A program made the position numbers and the translations under genes. Positions 38,370 to 52,760 of a stretch of DNA of 64,000 nucleotides are shown one piece after another; the stretch's first letter is position 1; every line of letters begins with the position of its first letter. The notes under the pieces are model-generated. The model was not told the DNA's origin, did not search any database, and saw nothing but the letters and a program-made list of their open reading frames with translations. Origin of the DNA: Hemiscyllium ocellatum (Eukaryota); the NCBI RefSeq assembly GCF_020745735.1, contig NC_083403.1, forward strand, positions 62,281,003 to 62,345,002, written 5' to 3'.

Positions 38370-38900
38370 GCATAAGACATAGGGCAGAAGTAGGCCATTC
38401 AGCCCATTGGGTATGTTCCATCATTTACTGAGCTCATAGCTGATCTGATCATCCTCAACTCGACTTACCTGCGTTTTTCCACAAGCCTTGATTCCCTTAC
38501 CAATTAAACATCCCCCTGAAAGTCAACGGTAAAGTTGCCATCAATATAAGGTACTGTGGAGCTGTTGGTTCCTTAGAGAGAGAGAGAGAGAGAGAGAGGG
38601 GTGATTGGTTGTGAGCTTCACCTGAGGATCGCTAAATCTCAAGCAAGGGGAGAGGTTGAGAATGCATGGCCTTCAGGTGACCTCAGCTGATACAGGAATT
38701 AAACCCACGCTGTTGACATCACTCTGTATAACAAACTATACATCAACCAACTGAGTTAAAGCTATAACCTTGAATATACCCAACCTCAACAGCCCTTTGT
38801 GATAAAGAATTCCAGAGTGAATTCCCTCTGAGAGAAGAAATTCCTTCTCATCCATACCTTAAATAGACGACCCCATGCTCTAAGATGTTGCCTTCTGGTC
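38370..38900 (-). mobile_element. CR1 3' tail with nested insertion including (AG)12 at 38575-38598
   Basis: CATAAGACATAGGGCAGAAGTAGGCCATTCAGCCC terminus; CTCTGAGAGAAGAAATTCCTTCTCATC. Confidence 0.7.
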
Positions 38901-40046
38901 AAATTTCACAATTTGAACTCACATGCCCAAAATATTAACTTGGGTGTCTGGATGTTACACTTTGATGTAATCCAAACCTACCCAACCCGTTAAAGCACTT
39001 GAATAAGTAAACACAAATTTGTACTTCTCTATCTCTAAAAGTAACTAAAACAATCTTCAACCTTACCTTCAATCCTACATCCTATTTCACGCATTCCTTA
39101 GCGTGAAATTGTCGTGTTTTGGTCAGCTTAGAAAACATCCTGCCTCATAATACTAAATTGATTCTATCAGACTGTCAGACTGAATTCCAGCTTTTAGGAA
39201 TCCCCTTTGATTTTTCTTGTTGGAATGACAGGAATGTGCCCTCTTACAGATCTGGGTCACCCTCCTCATTTGGATATCCCATCTCTGAGACTTGAGACAA
39301 GATGTAATCACAAGTACAGGGGCACAGCCAAAGTATAGTCCACTGGCACAGTTAACTAAAAATAATTCCAGACTGATAATTCACAATGTAAAGCATTACA
39401 TTCACATAACTTATTTCCCTGACTGTTGCACCATTTTGCAAGACTATCTACAAAGCACCATACATAATAACTCATTTGCCCTACTTAAATGTTTAGTGAC
39501 CTTGAAAGATGACTTGCCAAAGAATGAACAGTATTGAGAATTGGCCGGTTTAGTTAGAGATTTGAGGTTGGATTATATTATGATTGAAATCTGAAACCAC
39601 CAACGGAGCATTAATTGCCGCAGCATGTATTCTCCAATCTTGCTCAATTCCTGGCCTAGGTCCTAAGAGTGTAAAGACTAATAGTATTATGTTTGTGGGT
39701 GTGTGTGATCCAGGTCTTAAGTATTCTCAGACACGTTGTGAATATTTGTGTCATATGCTGTGGTACCAAGCATTGCTAGCTTGTGGTTGGTTTAGAGTGC
39801 TGCTGCCAATCCTCCTGTCTATGTTTTATTTTAATCAACCTGTTCAAACACGTTCTGACACACCTGCGGGACAGGTGAGACTTCAACCAGATCTTCTAGC
39901 CCACTACTGTGCTACTGTGCCACAAGAACCTCAATCCTCCTTTCTACTCTTTTAAAGTAAATGTCTAACATGCCGGGCAGACCTGGTGGGGCATTGTAAA
40001 AAAGCTAAAAAAGTAAATAGAAACTTATAGCAGAAAACCTTCATCC

Positions 40047-40074
40047 TATATATATATATATATATATATATATA
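40047..40074. repeat. (TA)14 microsatellite between two related minus-strand tRNA-like SINE heads (~39835-39930, ~40078-40180)
   Basis: Read directly; both flanking copies start CAACCTGTTCAAACA on the + strand; the right copy has a B-box-like GGTTCAAGCC on minus. Confidence 0.85.
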
Positions 40075-42349
40075 AGTCAACCTGTTCAAACATGTTTATG
40101 ACATACTTCCAGAGTAGGTGAGGCTTGAACCCAGACCTTCTTGCCCAGAGGTAGGGACACAAGCTCTATGCCACCAGAGTTGTAAAGTCAGGAATACAAG
40201 CAAACGCAGCTGAAAGTATTCAAACCTACCAAGGAGATCCCAATAGATTTCTAATCAGCCATTTTAATCAGAAACAATAACAGAAGTTGTTGGAAAAGCT
40301 CAGCAGTTCTGGCAGCATCTGTGCAGAGAAATCACGGTTCACATTTCTGGTCACCTGTTTCTCACAACGTAATTACTTGGTCATGACGACTGGCAAAACA
40401 ATTGGAGCAGAATTTGAACATGCATCTTTTTACTAACATCATGATACCTATTAAAATCAACTGCCATATACAGTAGGCCACGTGACCGGCACAAACTGCA
40501 AATCTAATCCAAAGCCTTAGGCTGCTCAGCTGCAGTACCAGACAGACAGTCCTGTTAATGATTGCTATAGCATAAGAACTCGGGGCTCCATTTAAATTGA
40601 TTCATTTCGGCCTCAACTCCACTTTTCTGCCCACTTCCTGTGACCCTTTAACTCATTATGAATTAAAAATCTATCTCCTCTTACATTTACTCAGTGCCCC
40701 AGCAACCACTGCACTCTGGATCGTGAATTCCACAGATTCACAATCCTTTGAGAGAAGTAACTTCTCCTCACCTCTGATTTAAATCTGGCAGCCCTTCGCC
40801 TAAAACTATGAACTCTCATTCTAGATTGCCCCACACGGGGAATCACCTACTGTTGCCACTTGAATAGAACATAATCACAAGAACATAATCTTCTTTTCTA
40901 TGCTAAGTCTAAGGGTCTATCTAACTAGCAGTAAGGATAAATCACTACTGAGTCTTAACAAGGAGACTTTTGTTTTATATAAGGTGTAGTTTATTTCATG
41001 ATAGTGAAAGGTACAAGTTGTGTTGCCTTTGTAATTATACCTAACTGGTCAAGAGACAAGAGGTGACACATTGGATTGCAGCAGGACCTTATACTTGACT
41101 GCATCTTCTCTACCCAAGGGCTGTGTGATATCTGACTGGCTTAATGCAGCGATAAATTAACATTTACAGGCCTGTCACATTCTGTTGTAGGAACCCTGGT
41201 TGAAATCCCACCACGGTAGATGGTGGAACTATAATTTTAACAAATTTTGGAAATAAAAATCGCCCATCATGACTTAATGATGACCATGAAATTATTGTTG
41301 ATTGTCATTACAATCCATCTGATTCACTAATGTTCTTTACAGAAGGAAAGCTGCCATCAGTATTTGGTCTGGCCTACATGTGACTCCACGCCCACTGCAA
41401 TGTGGTTGGCTCTTAAATGTCCATTGAGATGACCTAGTAAGCCACTGAATTGTGTCTAACTACTAGAAATTCACAATGAAGGAATGAAGCTGGTTGGACT
41501 GGTGTCCAGAAACAACACTGACAAAAATAGTTCTGTCAATCTTGCAAAGTTCCTCCTCACTAATATATAGGGGCTAGTACCAAAATGGAGAAATCAACTT
41601 GCAAAAACAATGGAAGAATTTGATGTTTTAGTTTGGATTTTAGCACTTCTCTCTAATTAGATAGTTATGATCACTGTTACTGAAAAGTTAGCACTTGATG
41701 TTGGAAATTTGATTATCCCTACTGCTCATAATCTCACCTTGGATGTTTTTGCCTATGTTTGATTGACAACAAGGACAGCGGGGTGATCTCAGTGGAATGA
41801 ATGACTCCGCTCCTCAATGATAGGTCCCTCGATCAAGAACTGAGTGTCTCTGAACAAGGGTTAACCAACCTGGTGCTCACATGTTATCCTGCGTATGTTG
41901 GTTTCTCATGCTCCCCACATGATGACCCCTCCCCGCCGCTCATCCTCTGTTGGGTTAATACTTGTGGCTGTGGGTGATGCCCTTTAATGACGGGAAGATC
42001 ATTCTCAGGATGGCCTACCATAGACTTGATCTGGAAATACCATGGGATTCTCACCTGCTAATAACATGGCTGATTCAGTGACCCGCGCCTTAACATTGCT
42101 ATGATAAAGGCACTTGATTCTGACAATAAGCTCTGTTTCTCTTCATAGATATGTCCTGACCTGCTGAATATTTCCAGTATTTTATTGACTTAAGATATGC
42201 GCTGACAAAAAAATTGATTGCTGAGAAATGATAAGTTTATTGAAATAGGCAACTGGTGTAGAAAGGAGGGCATCCGATTTCTGAGGCATTGGGATCAGTT
42301 CTGGGGAAGGTGAGAATTATACAAGGTGAACGGGCAGCATCTTAACGAG

Positions 42350-43726
42350 GTCGAAGAGTGGTCATATTCCTGATGAAGTGCTTATGCTGGGATAGTCAAC
42401 ATGGCTTTATGTGTGGGAAATCATGTCTCACAAACTTGATTGAGTTTTTTGAAGAAGTAACAAAGAGGATTGATGAGGGCAGAGCAGTAGATGTGATCTA
42501 TATGGACTTCAGTCATGCATTCGACAAGGTTCCCCATAAGAGACTGGTTAACAAGGTTAGATCTCATGGAATACGGAGAGAACTAGCCATTTGGATACAG
42601 AACAGGCTCAAAGTAGAAGAAGACGGTGGTGTAAGAGAGTTGTTTTTCAGACTGGAGGCCTGTGACCAGTGGAGTGCCACAAGGATCAGTTCTGGGCCCA
42701 CTACTTGTCATCATTTATATAAATGATTTGGATGTGAGCATAAGAGGTATAGTTAGTAAGTTTGCAGATGACACCAAAATTGGAGGTGTAGTGGACAGCA
42801 AAGAAGGTTAGCTCAGATTACAACAGGATCTTGATCAGATGGGCCAGTGGGCTGAGAAGTGGCAGATGGAGTTTAATTCAGATAAATGCGAGGTGCTGCG
42901 TTTTGGGAAAGCAAATCTTAGCAGGACTTATACACTTAATGGTAAAGTCCTAGGGAGTGTTGCTGAACAAAGAGACCTTGGAGTGCAGGATAGTGAAGAA
43001 AGTGTTTGGTATGCTTTCCTTTATTGGTCAGAGTATTTAATACAGGGGTTGGAAGATCATGTTGCAGCCGTACAGGACATCGGTTAGACCACGGTTGGAA
43101 TATTGCATGCAATTCTGGTCTCCTTTCTACCGGAAAGACGTTGTGAAACTTGAAAGGGTTCAGAAAAGATTTACAAGGATGTTGCCAGGGTTGGAGGATT
43201 TGAGCTATAGGGAGAGGCTGAACAGGCTGGGGCTGTTTTCCCCGGAGCATCAGAGGCTAAGGGGTGACCTTATAGAGGTTTACAAAATTATGAGGGGCAT
43301 GAATAGGATAAATAGACAAAGTCTTTTCCCTGGGGAAGGGAGTCCAGAACTAGAGGGCATAGGTTTAGGGTGAGAGGGGAAAGATATAAAAGAGACCTAA
43401 GGGGCAGCTTTCTCACGCAGTGGGTGGTACGTGTATGGAATGAGCTGCCAGAGGAAGTGGTTGCAACATTTAAAAAGCATATGGATGGGTATATGAATAG
43501 GAAGGGGTTGGAGGGATATGGGCTGGGTGCTGGCAGGTGGGACTAGATTGGGTTGAGAAATATTGTTGGCATGGATTGGTTGGATCGAAGGATCTGTTTC
43601 CGTGCTGCACATCTCTATGACTCTATGAAATGTCGATTCTCCTGCTCCTTGGATGCTACCTGATCAAGTTTCCAACACCATACTCTTCAACTCTGATCTC
43701 CAACATCTGCAGTGCTCACTTTCTTC
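42350..43726 (+). mobile_element. PLE mini-element whose hammerhead is split by a younger CR1
   Basis: ATTCCTGATGAAGTGCTTATGCT (42366-42388) resumes as GAAATGTCGATTCTCCTGCTCC..CATCTGCAG (43627 onward). Confidence 0.8.
42389..43626 (+). mobile_element. younger 5'-truncated CR1 (RT C-terminal part and 3' tail)
   Basis: SQHGFMCGKSCLTNLIEFFEEVT..DVIYMDF..FDKVPH, KFADDTK, LEYCMQFWSP..LERVQKRFTRM; ends CTCTATGACTCTAT. Confidence 0.93.
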
Positions 43727-45037
43727 CAGCATTTTCAGAGGGATATTCATTAGTGCCTGATAGTCAAGGGTTCAAAACTGGCAAAACAAAGTCGAAAGCA
43801 AAAATAGAAGGTGGATAAAGCATCAGCAAACATCAAATAGGATGGGAACAGAGAACAATGTTAATAAAGCAAAATTAAAGGCACTCTAATGGAATGCAAA
43901 TAACACCTAATGGGATGTGGACATTGCTGGCTAAGCCAACACTTATTGCCTATCCTGAACTTGCCTTGAACTGAGTGTCTTGCAAGGGAGGCCATTTCAG
44001 AAGCTCATATCTGTGATCAAGAATCACATGTAGAAAAACCAGGTAATGATGGCAGATTTCCTTCCATAAAGAGCAATGTGGATATTTGTAACAATTGATA
44101 GTATTTACATGGTTACCAGCTTTTAATGCTAGGCCCTAACTGAATTCTAATTTCATCATCTGCCATGGTAGGATTGAAACCCATATCCCCAGCCTGGGGT
44201 TATGAATTGATTCCCAGTCCAGTGACATTATGACTATGCGATTGGCTTACTATTTACAAAAGATTTGTGATTTGAATGCACAAATCGATGTAAATGGGTA
44301 AGATTTAATTAACATTACAGAGAATGACTACAGGGTGACCAAGATTGAGAACTGAATATTCACAGATAATAGCATTTTGGAAGGATAGACAAAAAGGAAA
44401 AGGAGGTGTGAAAAGAATCTTAAGAGATGAGATTAATAATTTAGTAAGAGAGGATCTTAGGCCGAAGGATCAAGATGTAGAATCAGTTTGTGTGGAGTTA
44501 AGGAACAACAAGAGGCTGCAAACATTGATGGGTGTTGTTTATATGCCATAAAACTGTAGTGAATTCTTGGGCAAAGTGAGAGTCAGGAAGTTAGAGATGC
44601 ATATTATGTGGGTGATCATGGGTGACATCAACTTCTACATTGACGAGGTGATTCAAATCAGCACTAATGTTTTAGAAGATCAATTCCAAATTGGTTTCTG
44701 GAAAAGTACATCGAGGAAGAAACAGGTAATTTTGGATATAGTTACATGTAATCAGAAATAGCGAATCAATAACCTTACTACAAAGGAGCCTCTGGGTGAT
44801 TGCAACTATAATATAGAACTTTGTATTAAGTTTGAATGCAATTAGCTCATTCTGAAACTTTTGTCCTAAATCTTAAGACAAGGTATTACGAAGGTATAAG
44901 TGGTATGTTGGTCATGGGAAAATACACTAAAAGATTTGAGGATAAACTGACAATAGCTAATATTTAAAGAAATATTATATTATCTACATAGGCCATAGGG
45001 TCCTCTAATGCATAACACAGAAAGAGAAATAGATAGT

Positions 45038-45373
45038 GGCAACAGTTCACGTGGACCGAATCATGGAGAGGCAATAGAGAGAGTCCAGTACAGAGGCCAG
45101 CGCATGAAGGCAGCGTGACCACAGGTTCTGAAGCCTGGCAGACACAGACTCACTTTGGAAAAGTACTTCATAGTCACTTTTTATTATCATTCTGGATTTT
45201 TGAAACTCTGTATTCCCATGTTTTTTTTTACTGTTTCAATTCTTTGACAACACTTAAAGTACCTGTACAAAGGTACCTTGTATCTAAGATGGTGCCGATA
45301 GGCGATATTACAAACTTTTCACTGCACTCACTCAGTGCATGTGGCAATAAAGGCTCTTCTATTCTATTCTATT
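45038..45373 (+). mobile_element. retroposon 3' end nested in CR1 (possibly Rex1/Babar-related)
   Basis: CTTTTCACTGCAC..GTGCATGTGGCAATAAA followed by a (CTATT)n tail; interrupts CR1 ORF2. Confidence 0.45.
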
Positions 45374-48300
45374 CAAACCAAATAAGTTGACAATTGTATA
45401 AGGTCAAAGGAAGTGGCCTCTAAGGATGCCAGAGAAAGTGTGAATGCCTGAGGATTGGGACCAATTTAGAACCCAGAAAAGAAGAACCACGATACTGATT
45501 AAGAAAGAGAAACAAGAATATGAATGCAAACTAGCAAGAAACAGAAAGGATGACTAAGCAATCTTCTTTGGGTATGTCAAAAAGGCAAGGATTAGTTCAG
45601 ACAAATGTTGAGACAGAAATTTATCATGGCGAGCAGGGAAATGACAGAAAAATTAAACTTCTGTCATCTTGGAAGAAGATTTAGAAAATCTCCCAGAAAT
45701 CAAAAATTTGTGAGACAGAGGAACTAAGAGAGATTACTATTAGATAAGATCTAATACTTGTTGAGCTAACAGGGTTGAAGGTTGATAAGTCTAGTTGTCC
45801 AGATTGTTGAAGGTGTAGCTGGACTGATAGTGAATGCACTGGTGATTATCTTTCAAAATTTTATAGATTCTGAAAAGATTCCTGCGGACAGGAAAGTTGC
45901 AAATATAACACCATTATTTAAAAGGGGGAGAAGAGACAGAATGGACGACCACAAGCCTGTTAGTTTAACATCAGTAGCAGGTAAAATGTTGGAGTGAATT
46001 ATAAATGATGCCATAACTGGATAATTAGAAAAAAATGGTAAAATTGGATTGAGTCAAAATTGATTTATGTACGATTAATCATAATTGACAGACTTATTGG
46101 AGTATTTTAAGGACTTTGAGGAGTTTGCATTGATAAACGTGGTGTATTTGGATTTTCAGAAGGCTTTTGATAATGTCTCATACAGGAGATTAATAACTAA
46201 AATTATAACTTATAGGAATGGGAAAATATACTCATTGATCAAGTATCGGTTAACAGACAAGCAAGCGGAGAGTAGAAATAAAGCCGACATTTAAGAATAG
46301 AGTACTGCAGGGGCCAGTTCTATGTCAACAGCTGTTCACAATGTAAATAAATTATTTTCATATGTAGATTAACTGTAATATTTCTACATTTGCTAATGAC
46401 TTTAAAATGAATGTAAGTTGTGAGGAGGGTGCAGAGAGGCTTCAACAGGACTGCAATATATATGAATACGTGTGAAATTTTTCACTTAGATAGAAAAAAG
46501 TTAGAGGCAGAATATTTCTTAAATAGTTGAAGTTTAAGAAGTGCAGGAACCCAAAGGACCCTGGTGTACTTGTTTATGAGTTATTAAAATTTAACATGGA
46601 GTTGTACTGAACAATAAGGAAGCAAATGCCTTCATTAGAAGGAAACTTGAATACAAAAGTAAAGTTGACTTGGTACAGTTGTGAGTTGTATAGAGCCTTG
46701 GTGAGATCTCATCTGGACTGTTATCTACACTCTTGATCTCCTTACGTAAGGAACAGTATACTTGCCATAGATGAATTGCAATAGATTTTCATGAAGTTAA
46801 TCACAGAAATGGCTTGAATGATTTATGAGGAGGGATTGAGAAGACTAGGTCTGTATTACCCAGCATTTTGAACAATGAGGGGTGAAACGTACAAAATTAT
46901 TTTGAATGGACTGGACAGAGTAGATATTGGGAAGATTGGTAGGAGAGACTAGGACAAGGATGCATAGCCTGAGTGTAAAAGGAAGATGCTTTAGAATGGA
47001 GATAAGGAGAAACTTCTTCAGCCAGAGAGTGGTGAAGCTATGATATTCACTGCCTCAGACCATTGAGTATATTTAACACTGAGATAGATACGTTCTTGAG
47101 TATCAAGGGCTACAGCGAGAAGGTGGGAGAATGACGTTGTCAGCCATGATTGAATAGTGGAACAGATTTGATGGGCTGAATGGCCTTATCTGTGCTTCTA
47201 TGTCTTATGATGAATCTTTGCAATTGCCTTCCACAGACAGCTGTAGAAGCTCTATTACTGAGCATGTTTAAGGCAAAATTTGTTAGTTTTCTGGAAACAA
47301 ATAATATGAAGGGAAAGGAAGATAGTTTGAATAAATGGTGTTGATGTTGATGAACAGGTATGATCGAGTTGACTGCTGGAGCAGACTTGACAGTCTGAAT
47401 GACTACACCTGTACCTATTTTCCGATGCTGCTAAAGTAATCATGTTAAGAAAGTTGTATGTTCATACTTCAGCGACCAGCAAAAATCAGGAACTTGCATG
47501 CCTCACTCTCAAAATATATAAGTGCCAAATATTGCATATGTATTAACCAGAAATTTCTTATCCCAGTGAGGAGTCGATTTGCATGTCAATATTGTGACTT
47601 AAATGTTTTCTATGTCAGAAGATATCATGTACTGACTATGTAATGAAGATGTGTTCCTTACTGCAAAGTATTTTTGACTGTCCTATTTTTTAAAAAGTCT
47701 ATAATGAATGAGCCAGTACAAGAGCATTAATCTAGCTGATATGTTCCTGCACCATTGAATTCAACCCACCATGAGACTCATGATGCATTTGCTAAATATA
47801 CAGGAAAAAATTTATCTCAAGTATAAATAACCACTAGGTTTGCACTTTCACCGACAATCTTCAGCATTAATGTCCTTCCTGTTCTAATTTCAGCAACACC
47901 TTCAACAATATTTCATCAACTCCTGTCTGTGCCATTTATTACAACATTAACCCATTTAAGATATTAATGTTTGGGCAAAGATAGTCATGAATGTGATGTC
48001 TAATGAAGTAAAATGATGCACAAAGGAAACAAACCAATATGGGTTCTAAATATCATCTGACCATTGGAAGGTACAGATGGTGGGTGAAGGGTAAAATTGT
48101 CATGCTGTTAAATTTTGATAAAGACGAATGGAAACTTGGAGGAGAGATGCACAGTAACTTTGTCTTGGGAAAATGATCTCAAAATCTACTTGTTTTATTC
48201 CCTCATGGGATGCGGGCGTCAATGGGTGGCCGGCATTTATTGCTGGTCCCTAGTCGCTGTTGAAGTGGTAATGAGCTGCCTTCTTGAATCGCACCATATG

Positions 48301-48809
48301 TTATATGGGGACTGAAAATGTTGTTAGGGAGGGAACTCCATTAATACTTTTGGAATGCTTGACAGGACTTTCTGTATGCAATATAGAACAAATCTGGTTC
48401 TGTACCTTTTACCTTTTGAAGAAGATAAAGTTGGGATAACTTGATGGCAAGAAGCTATCTGGATTGAAATAGTATAAGCAATAGAAAATAGGTCATTATG
48501 AATAGAATTAAAGGTCTTGGACAATACATATTGTAATATTTAACAGTAAGCAGTGTTGAAGGAAGAGTAAATGGTCACAATATATGAAGAACAATGCCTT
48601 TAGTGTTTGAACATGTTACATCGTAATATATTTTGAAATGTCAAATATGCTGTATAAAGAGCGAAATAATTTCATTCTCTGTGGTTTAAAATATGTCTGT
48701 TGCAACAAGAATTTATTTTTATTCAGAAAAACCTTATTCATAAAAGACACGAGATTCACTTGCTTATGAAAGAGAGCTATTTAGTTAGCCTACAAGTGTA
48801 CATATAGCA

Positions 48810-49590
48810 ATTTGTCTTAGCTGGGGCAGAATACAAGAGTAAGGAGGTTATGCNNNNNNNNNNNNNNNNNNNNNNNNNNNNNNNNNNNNNNNNNNNNNNN
48901 NNNNNNNNNNNNNNNNNNNNNNNNNNNNNNNNNNNNNNNNNNNNNNNNNNNNNNNNNNNNNNNNNNNNNNNNNNNNNNNNNNNNNNNNNNNNNNNNNNNN
49001 NNNNNNNNNNNNNNNNNNNNNNNNNACTCACACACATACTCACTCTCTCACACACACGTCTAGAGTACTGCTTACAGTTCTGATCACCACATTATAGGAA
49101 GAATATGTTTGCACCAGAGAGGATGCGGAGATGACTTATGAGGATGTTGCCTGGGCTGCAGGGTCTATGCTATAAGAAGAAAGAGAATAGGCTGGGGTTG
49201 TTTTCATTAGAGAAGTGAAGGTTAAGCAGAGACCTGATGGAGGTGTATAACATAATGTGGGCAAGGAAAGGATGGATAGAAAGACATTTTTTTATATGTA
49301 GAGGAGTCAATAACCAGTGTGCATTGATTTAAGGAAGAGATAGAAGGACAAGAGGAAAGTTAAGTGGAGATTTTTATCATTCAAAAAATGATGAGAATCT
49401 GGAACTTACTACCCGAGCGGTGGTGGACATGGGTACAATCAAACATTTGTGAAGTATATAAATGACTCTTAAAACACCACAGCACGCAAGGCTGCAGACC
49501 ATGTGCTGAAAAATGGGATTAGATTAGATAGATGCTTGACAATTAGTGTGGACATGATGAGCCAAATGGCCCCATTCCATGCTACTAAAC
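48810..49590 (+). mobile_element. CR1 3' fragment spanning the assembly gap
   Basis: EYKSKEVM before the gap; LEYCLQF.SPHYRK and CR1 tail after it. Confidence 0.75.
48854..49025. other. assembly gap (172 N) abutting a CA/CT microsatellite
   Basis: Read directly. Confidence 0.99.
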
Positions 49591-50677
49591 TATATTTGGT
49601 GAAACAGATTCTTTAAGTTAAGTGTCATGCTGCCATTATTATATCTGATAACTTACTGCAGTAGAGCATAATGTTTGGATTAACAGAAATATAAAGTGAC
49701 AGAAAGGAAAAATGAGAAAAATGAAAAATAGCTCTAAGAATAAATTACTACGTATACAAGTGGGATACAACAATATCCCTTTCTGAGTTCCCAAGATTAT
49801 GTGGCATAACCTGACTGCGAATCGCATCATCGGAAGGGTCCATATACCAGTGATTTGCAGCCTGCAATAAGTTTATTTCCTAATTTCACATCTTGTCAGA
49901 TTCCTTGACACTATGAAGAGGAAGACAGCAAGCTTCCATATTTGCCAAACTAGTAGCAGAGTGTTGTAAAACATGCTGGAATTTTGGTGATTTGTAACTC
50001 AATGTTTATTTCTGTCTGTAAATTGCTTGGATTGATGTTTAAGCCGTAACAATGATGTAAACTAGCCATTATACTGAACATGTTTTTACATTATAGTTAC
50101 ACAAATTCATTAAAATGTAGCTTTATTACAGAGATTACCCAAATAACATTTTCATTCTGAGAGCCTCATTCTTTTTCCAATTGTTGCTATCTCAGCGTCA
50201 ATGAAAATGTGTTATCATGAATTGCTAATGCAGCTGAACCTAAAGGATAAAAGTGATATAACTACCTATTATTATTGTCGTGCAGGATTTTGATGACTCA
50301 TTCTGTGAGTGCCACCTGCAGTCTGAAAACGATGTTGCAAAGCTGTTGGACTTTGTACAAAGATACTGCAAATAATACTAAAGATTTTTAAAATTCTATT
50401 AAGTGCTATGTATCCAGCATATTAAATACATTGCTAATTCATGAATCTTGCAATTATTGAGGCCAGACCAGTATTGTATATTATATCACAAGGTATTCAG
50501 GCTCTCTCTAGAACCCACATTTATGGGACATGAATTATTCTTTGTGTCTTGTTGTATTGATCCATACACAGATTTATGTTTTCAATGCAATACGTTTTTG
50601 AATTTGGACCCTGTTAATGATATATGCAAATTTCACATGTTCCAATGTATTAACTATCCAATTATCTTGTCTTTTAG

Positions 50678-50884
50678 GTCAAACTTCCCTTTCCAATTGA
50701 TCAAATCACAGATCTTCCAAGGAATGATTTCCAAATGATGGTGAAGATGCACAAGTTAACCTCTGAGCAACTGGAGTTCATTCATGATGTTCGCCGGCGG
50801 AGCAAGAATCGGATAGCAGCCCAACGATGCAGGAAGAGAAAACTGGACTGTATTCAGAACCTGGAATGTGAAATTCAAAAGTTG
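50678..50884 (+). CDS. BACH2: BACH2 CNC/basic-region exon, 69 codons
   Basis: Acceptor CTTTTAG|GTC, donor TTG|GTAAGT; [69 protein letters not shown]. Confidence 0.98.
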
Positions 50885-51654
50885 GTAAGTAGATTTCAAA
50901 TATTTGGTCAACTCAGATATTTGTGAGTGCTTGCTGCTTGTCACTTGCACCTGGTTGCGAAACTTTCCTAAAAATGAAGCTTAGTCCTGACTGATGCTTT
51001 CTGAGCTTTGGAAGGTGCCAGGGATTTGTGTCCACATAATCGAAAAGCTTTCAGTGTAAACCTAAAGATGTTCTCAAAACTAACTGAGCTCTAATTAAAG
51101 TCATATTTATCACAATGTGATATAATTGTGGCATTAAGAAAGACAAATATTTATAAGTTCTTAAATTTCAATTTGTATAACAGTCGTGTTCTTATAAGGC
51201 AGTTGATAAAAGTAGGTTGTTCCTTGCACAGTAACATTACTTGGCTTTTATATGTGCTGTGTGGATTCAATATCGATAAACTAAATTGAGCTAACTCCTA
51301 TCATTTCCCCAAAGAGGATTTCTTTAGCTGTGGGAAGTGGTCAAATAAACCTTGTGTGATGTCATGGCATAGATTAGAAACTATTTATGAACAGATTTAT
51401 TAACAATATAATGTATTTAATAACAACACCTTTCACATGATGCCTGTCTGACATAACTCAAGGTTTTATACTCAAGACCGTCCTATGTATGAACTTTACG
51501 CAATCTGGACAAGTGAGACATAATGTTCGATAGATAATAGTAAATCTTTAAAAAGAGACATGAACAACATAGAAAATCAATTATTAACTGCTAATTTCTT
51601 TCAACTTTGATAATCTGGCCTCTCCCCAAAGAGAGTTGCTTTCAAAATACAAAC

Positions 51655-52760
51655 TTGATAAAGGAGAGCCAATGGATGTAGTATACTTAACTTTTCAGAA
51701 GACTTTTGTTAAGTCTGTCACATGAGGCTGTTTAGTAAAAGTAAAGGGATAAGAAGTAAAGTACCAACATGGATTAATGATTGGTTGACAGACAGAAAAT
51801 GAAATAGAAATAATAGGCAATTCTCCTGTTGGCAGACTTGTGATTGGAGGGATACCATAAGGATCAGTACTTGGGCTCCAGTTATTCACAATATGTATCA
51901 GTGATTTGGATGTTGGGGCCAAATGTAATATTTCCAAATTTGCAAATGGCGCAAAGCTAAGCATTAATATGTGTTGTGAGGAAGGTATAAATCAGCTTCA
52001 GGAGGACTTGGACAGGGTTAATAATTGGACAAGAGTATTGCAGATGGAATATAGTGTGGAAAAATGTGAGATTATCTGCTTTAATAGGAAGAACAGATGT
52101 GCAAAGGGACTTGAAAATTCTACTCAATAAGTCACTGAAAGCTAAAATGCAGGTGCAACAAGCTTTAGGAAGGTTACTGGAATGTTAGCCTCTATCATTG
52201 GAGGATTTGTGTACAGGAGCCATGAGATCTTAGTTCAGTTGTGTAGGAGCTTGGTTAGACTAAATTGGGAGTTTTGTGTACAGTTTTGATTTCTTCATCT
52301 CAGGAAAAATATTATTGCCAGAGACAGAGTGCAACAAAAGCACACCAGGCTTGCTCCCAGGATGTCCTGTGAAGAAATATTGAGGAAACTGGGCCTGTAT
52401 TCTCTACAGTTTTGAAGATTGAGAGGTGATCTGATTGAAGCTTAAAAAGTACATAAAGGGATAGGTAAGGTAGATGCAGATGTAAGATGTTTCTTCTTGT
52501 TGGACAGCCTAGAACCAAGGCTAAAAATTTAAGTTTAAAAATAAAGGGATGCTACTCAGCTCTGGGATGTGGAGATCTATTTTTCACTCAGAGGGTTGTG
52601 AACCTTCATAATTCACGACCACAGAGCACTGTGAAGCTTGAGTCTTTGAGTGCATTTCAGATAGATTTCAGATTACCAATGCCTTTAGAGTTACAGGGAA
52701 GAGGTGGGTAAAAGACATTGGGTTGTTCAGTCAGCCATGAGCGTAATCAGTGGCAGAATG
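51655..52760 (+). mobile_element. old CR1 RT/3' fragment
   Basis: DVVYL.FQK, GIP.GSVLG, ISKFANGAKL, QMEYSVEKC, FFTQRVVNL. Confidence 0.82.

Larger units (their letters stand above)
42245..47210 (+). mobile_element. long degraded CR1 LINE (ORF1 esterase end, APE, RT, 3' tail) with nested insertions
   Basis: WCRKEG..FLRHWDQFWGR (ORF1), KLKAL.WNA, DQDVESVCVELRN, VIMGDIN, ANITPLFKRG..PVSLTSVAGKMLE, VVYLDFQKAFDNV, tail ending CTATGTCTTATG. Confidence 0.82.

Noticed and set aside
42358-43373. Active reverse transcriptase gene
   Set aside because: 5'-truncated and frameshifted CR1 copy.
48777-49083. ORFs across the N run, or a hidden exon in the gap
   Set aside because: Artefacts of Ns. CR1 sequence continues on both sides and the BACH2 exons join without a missing segment.
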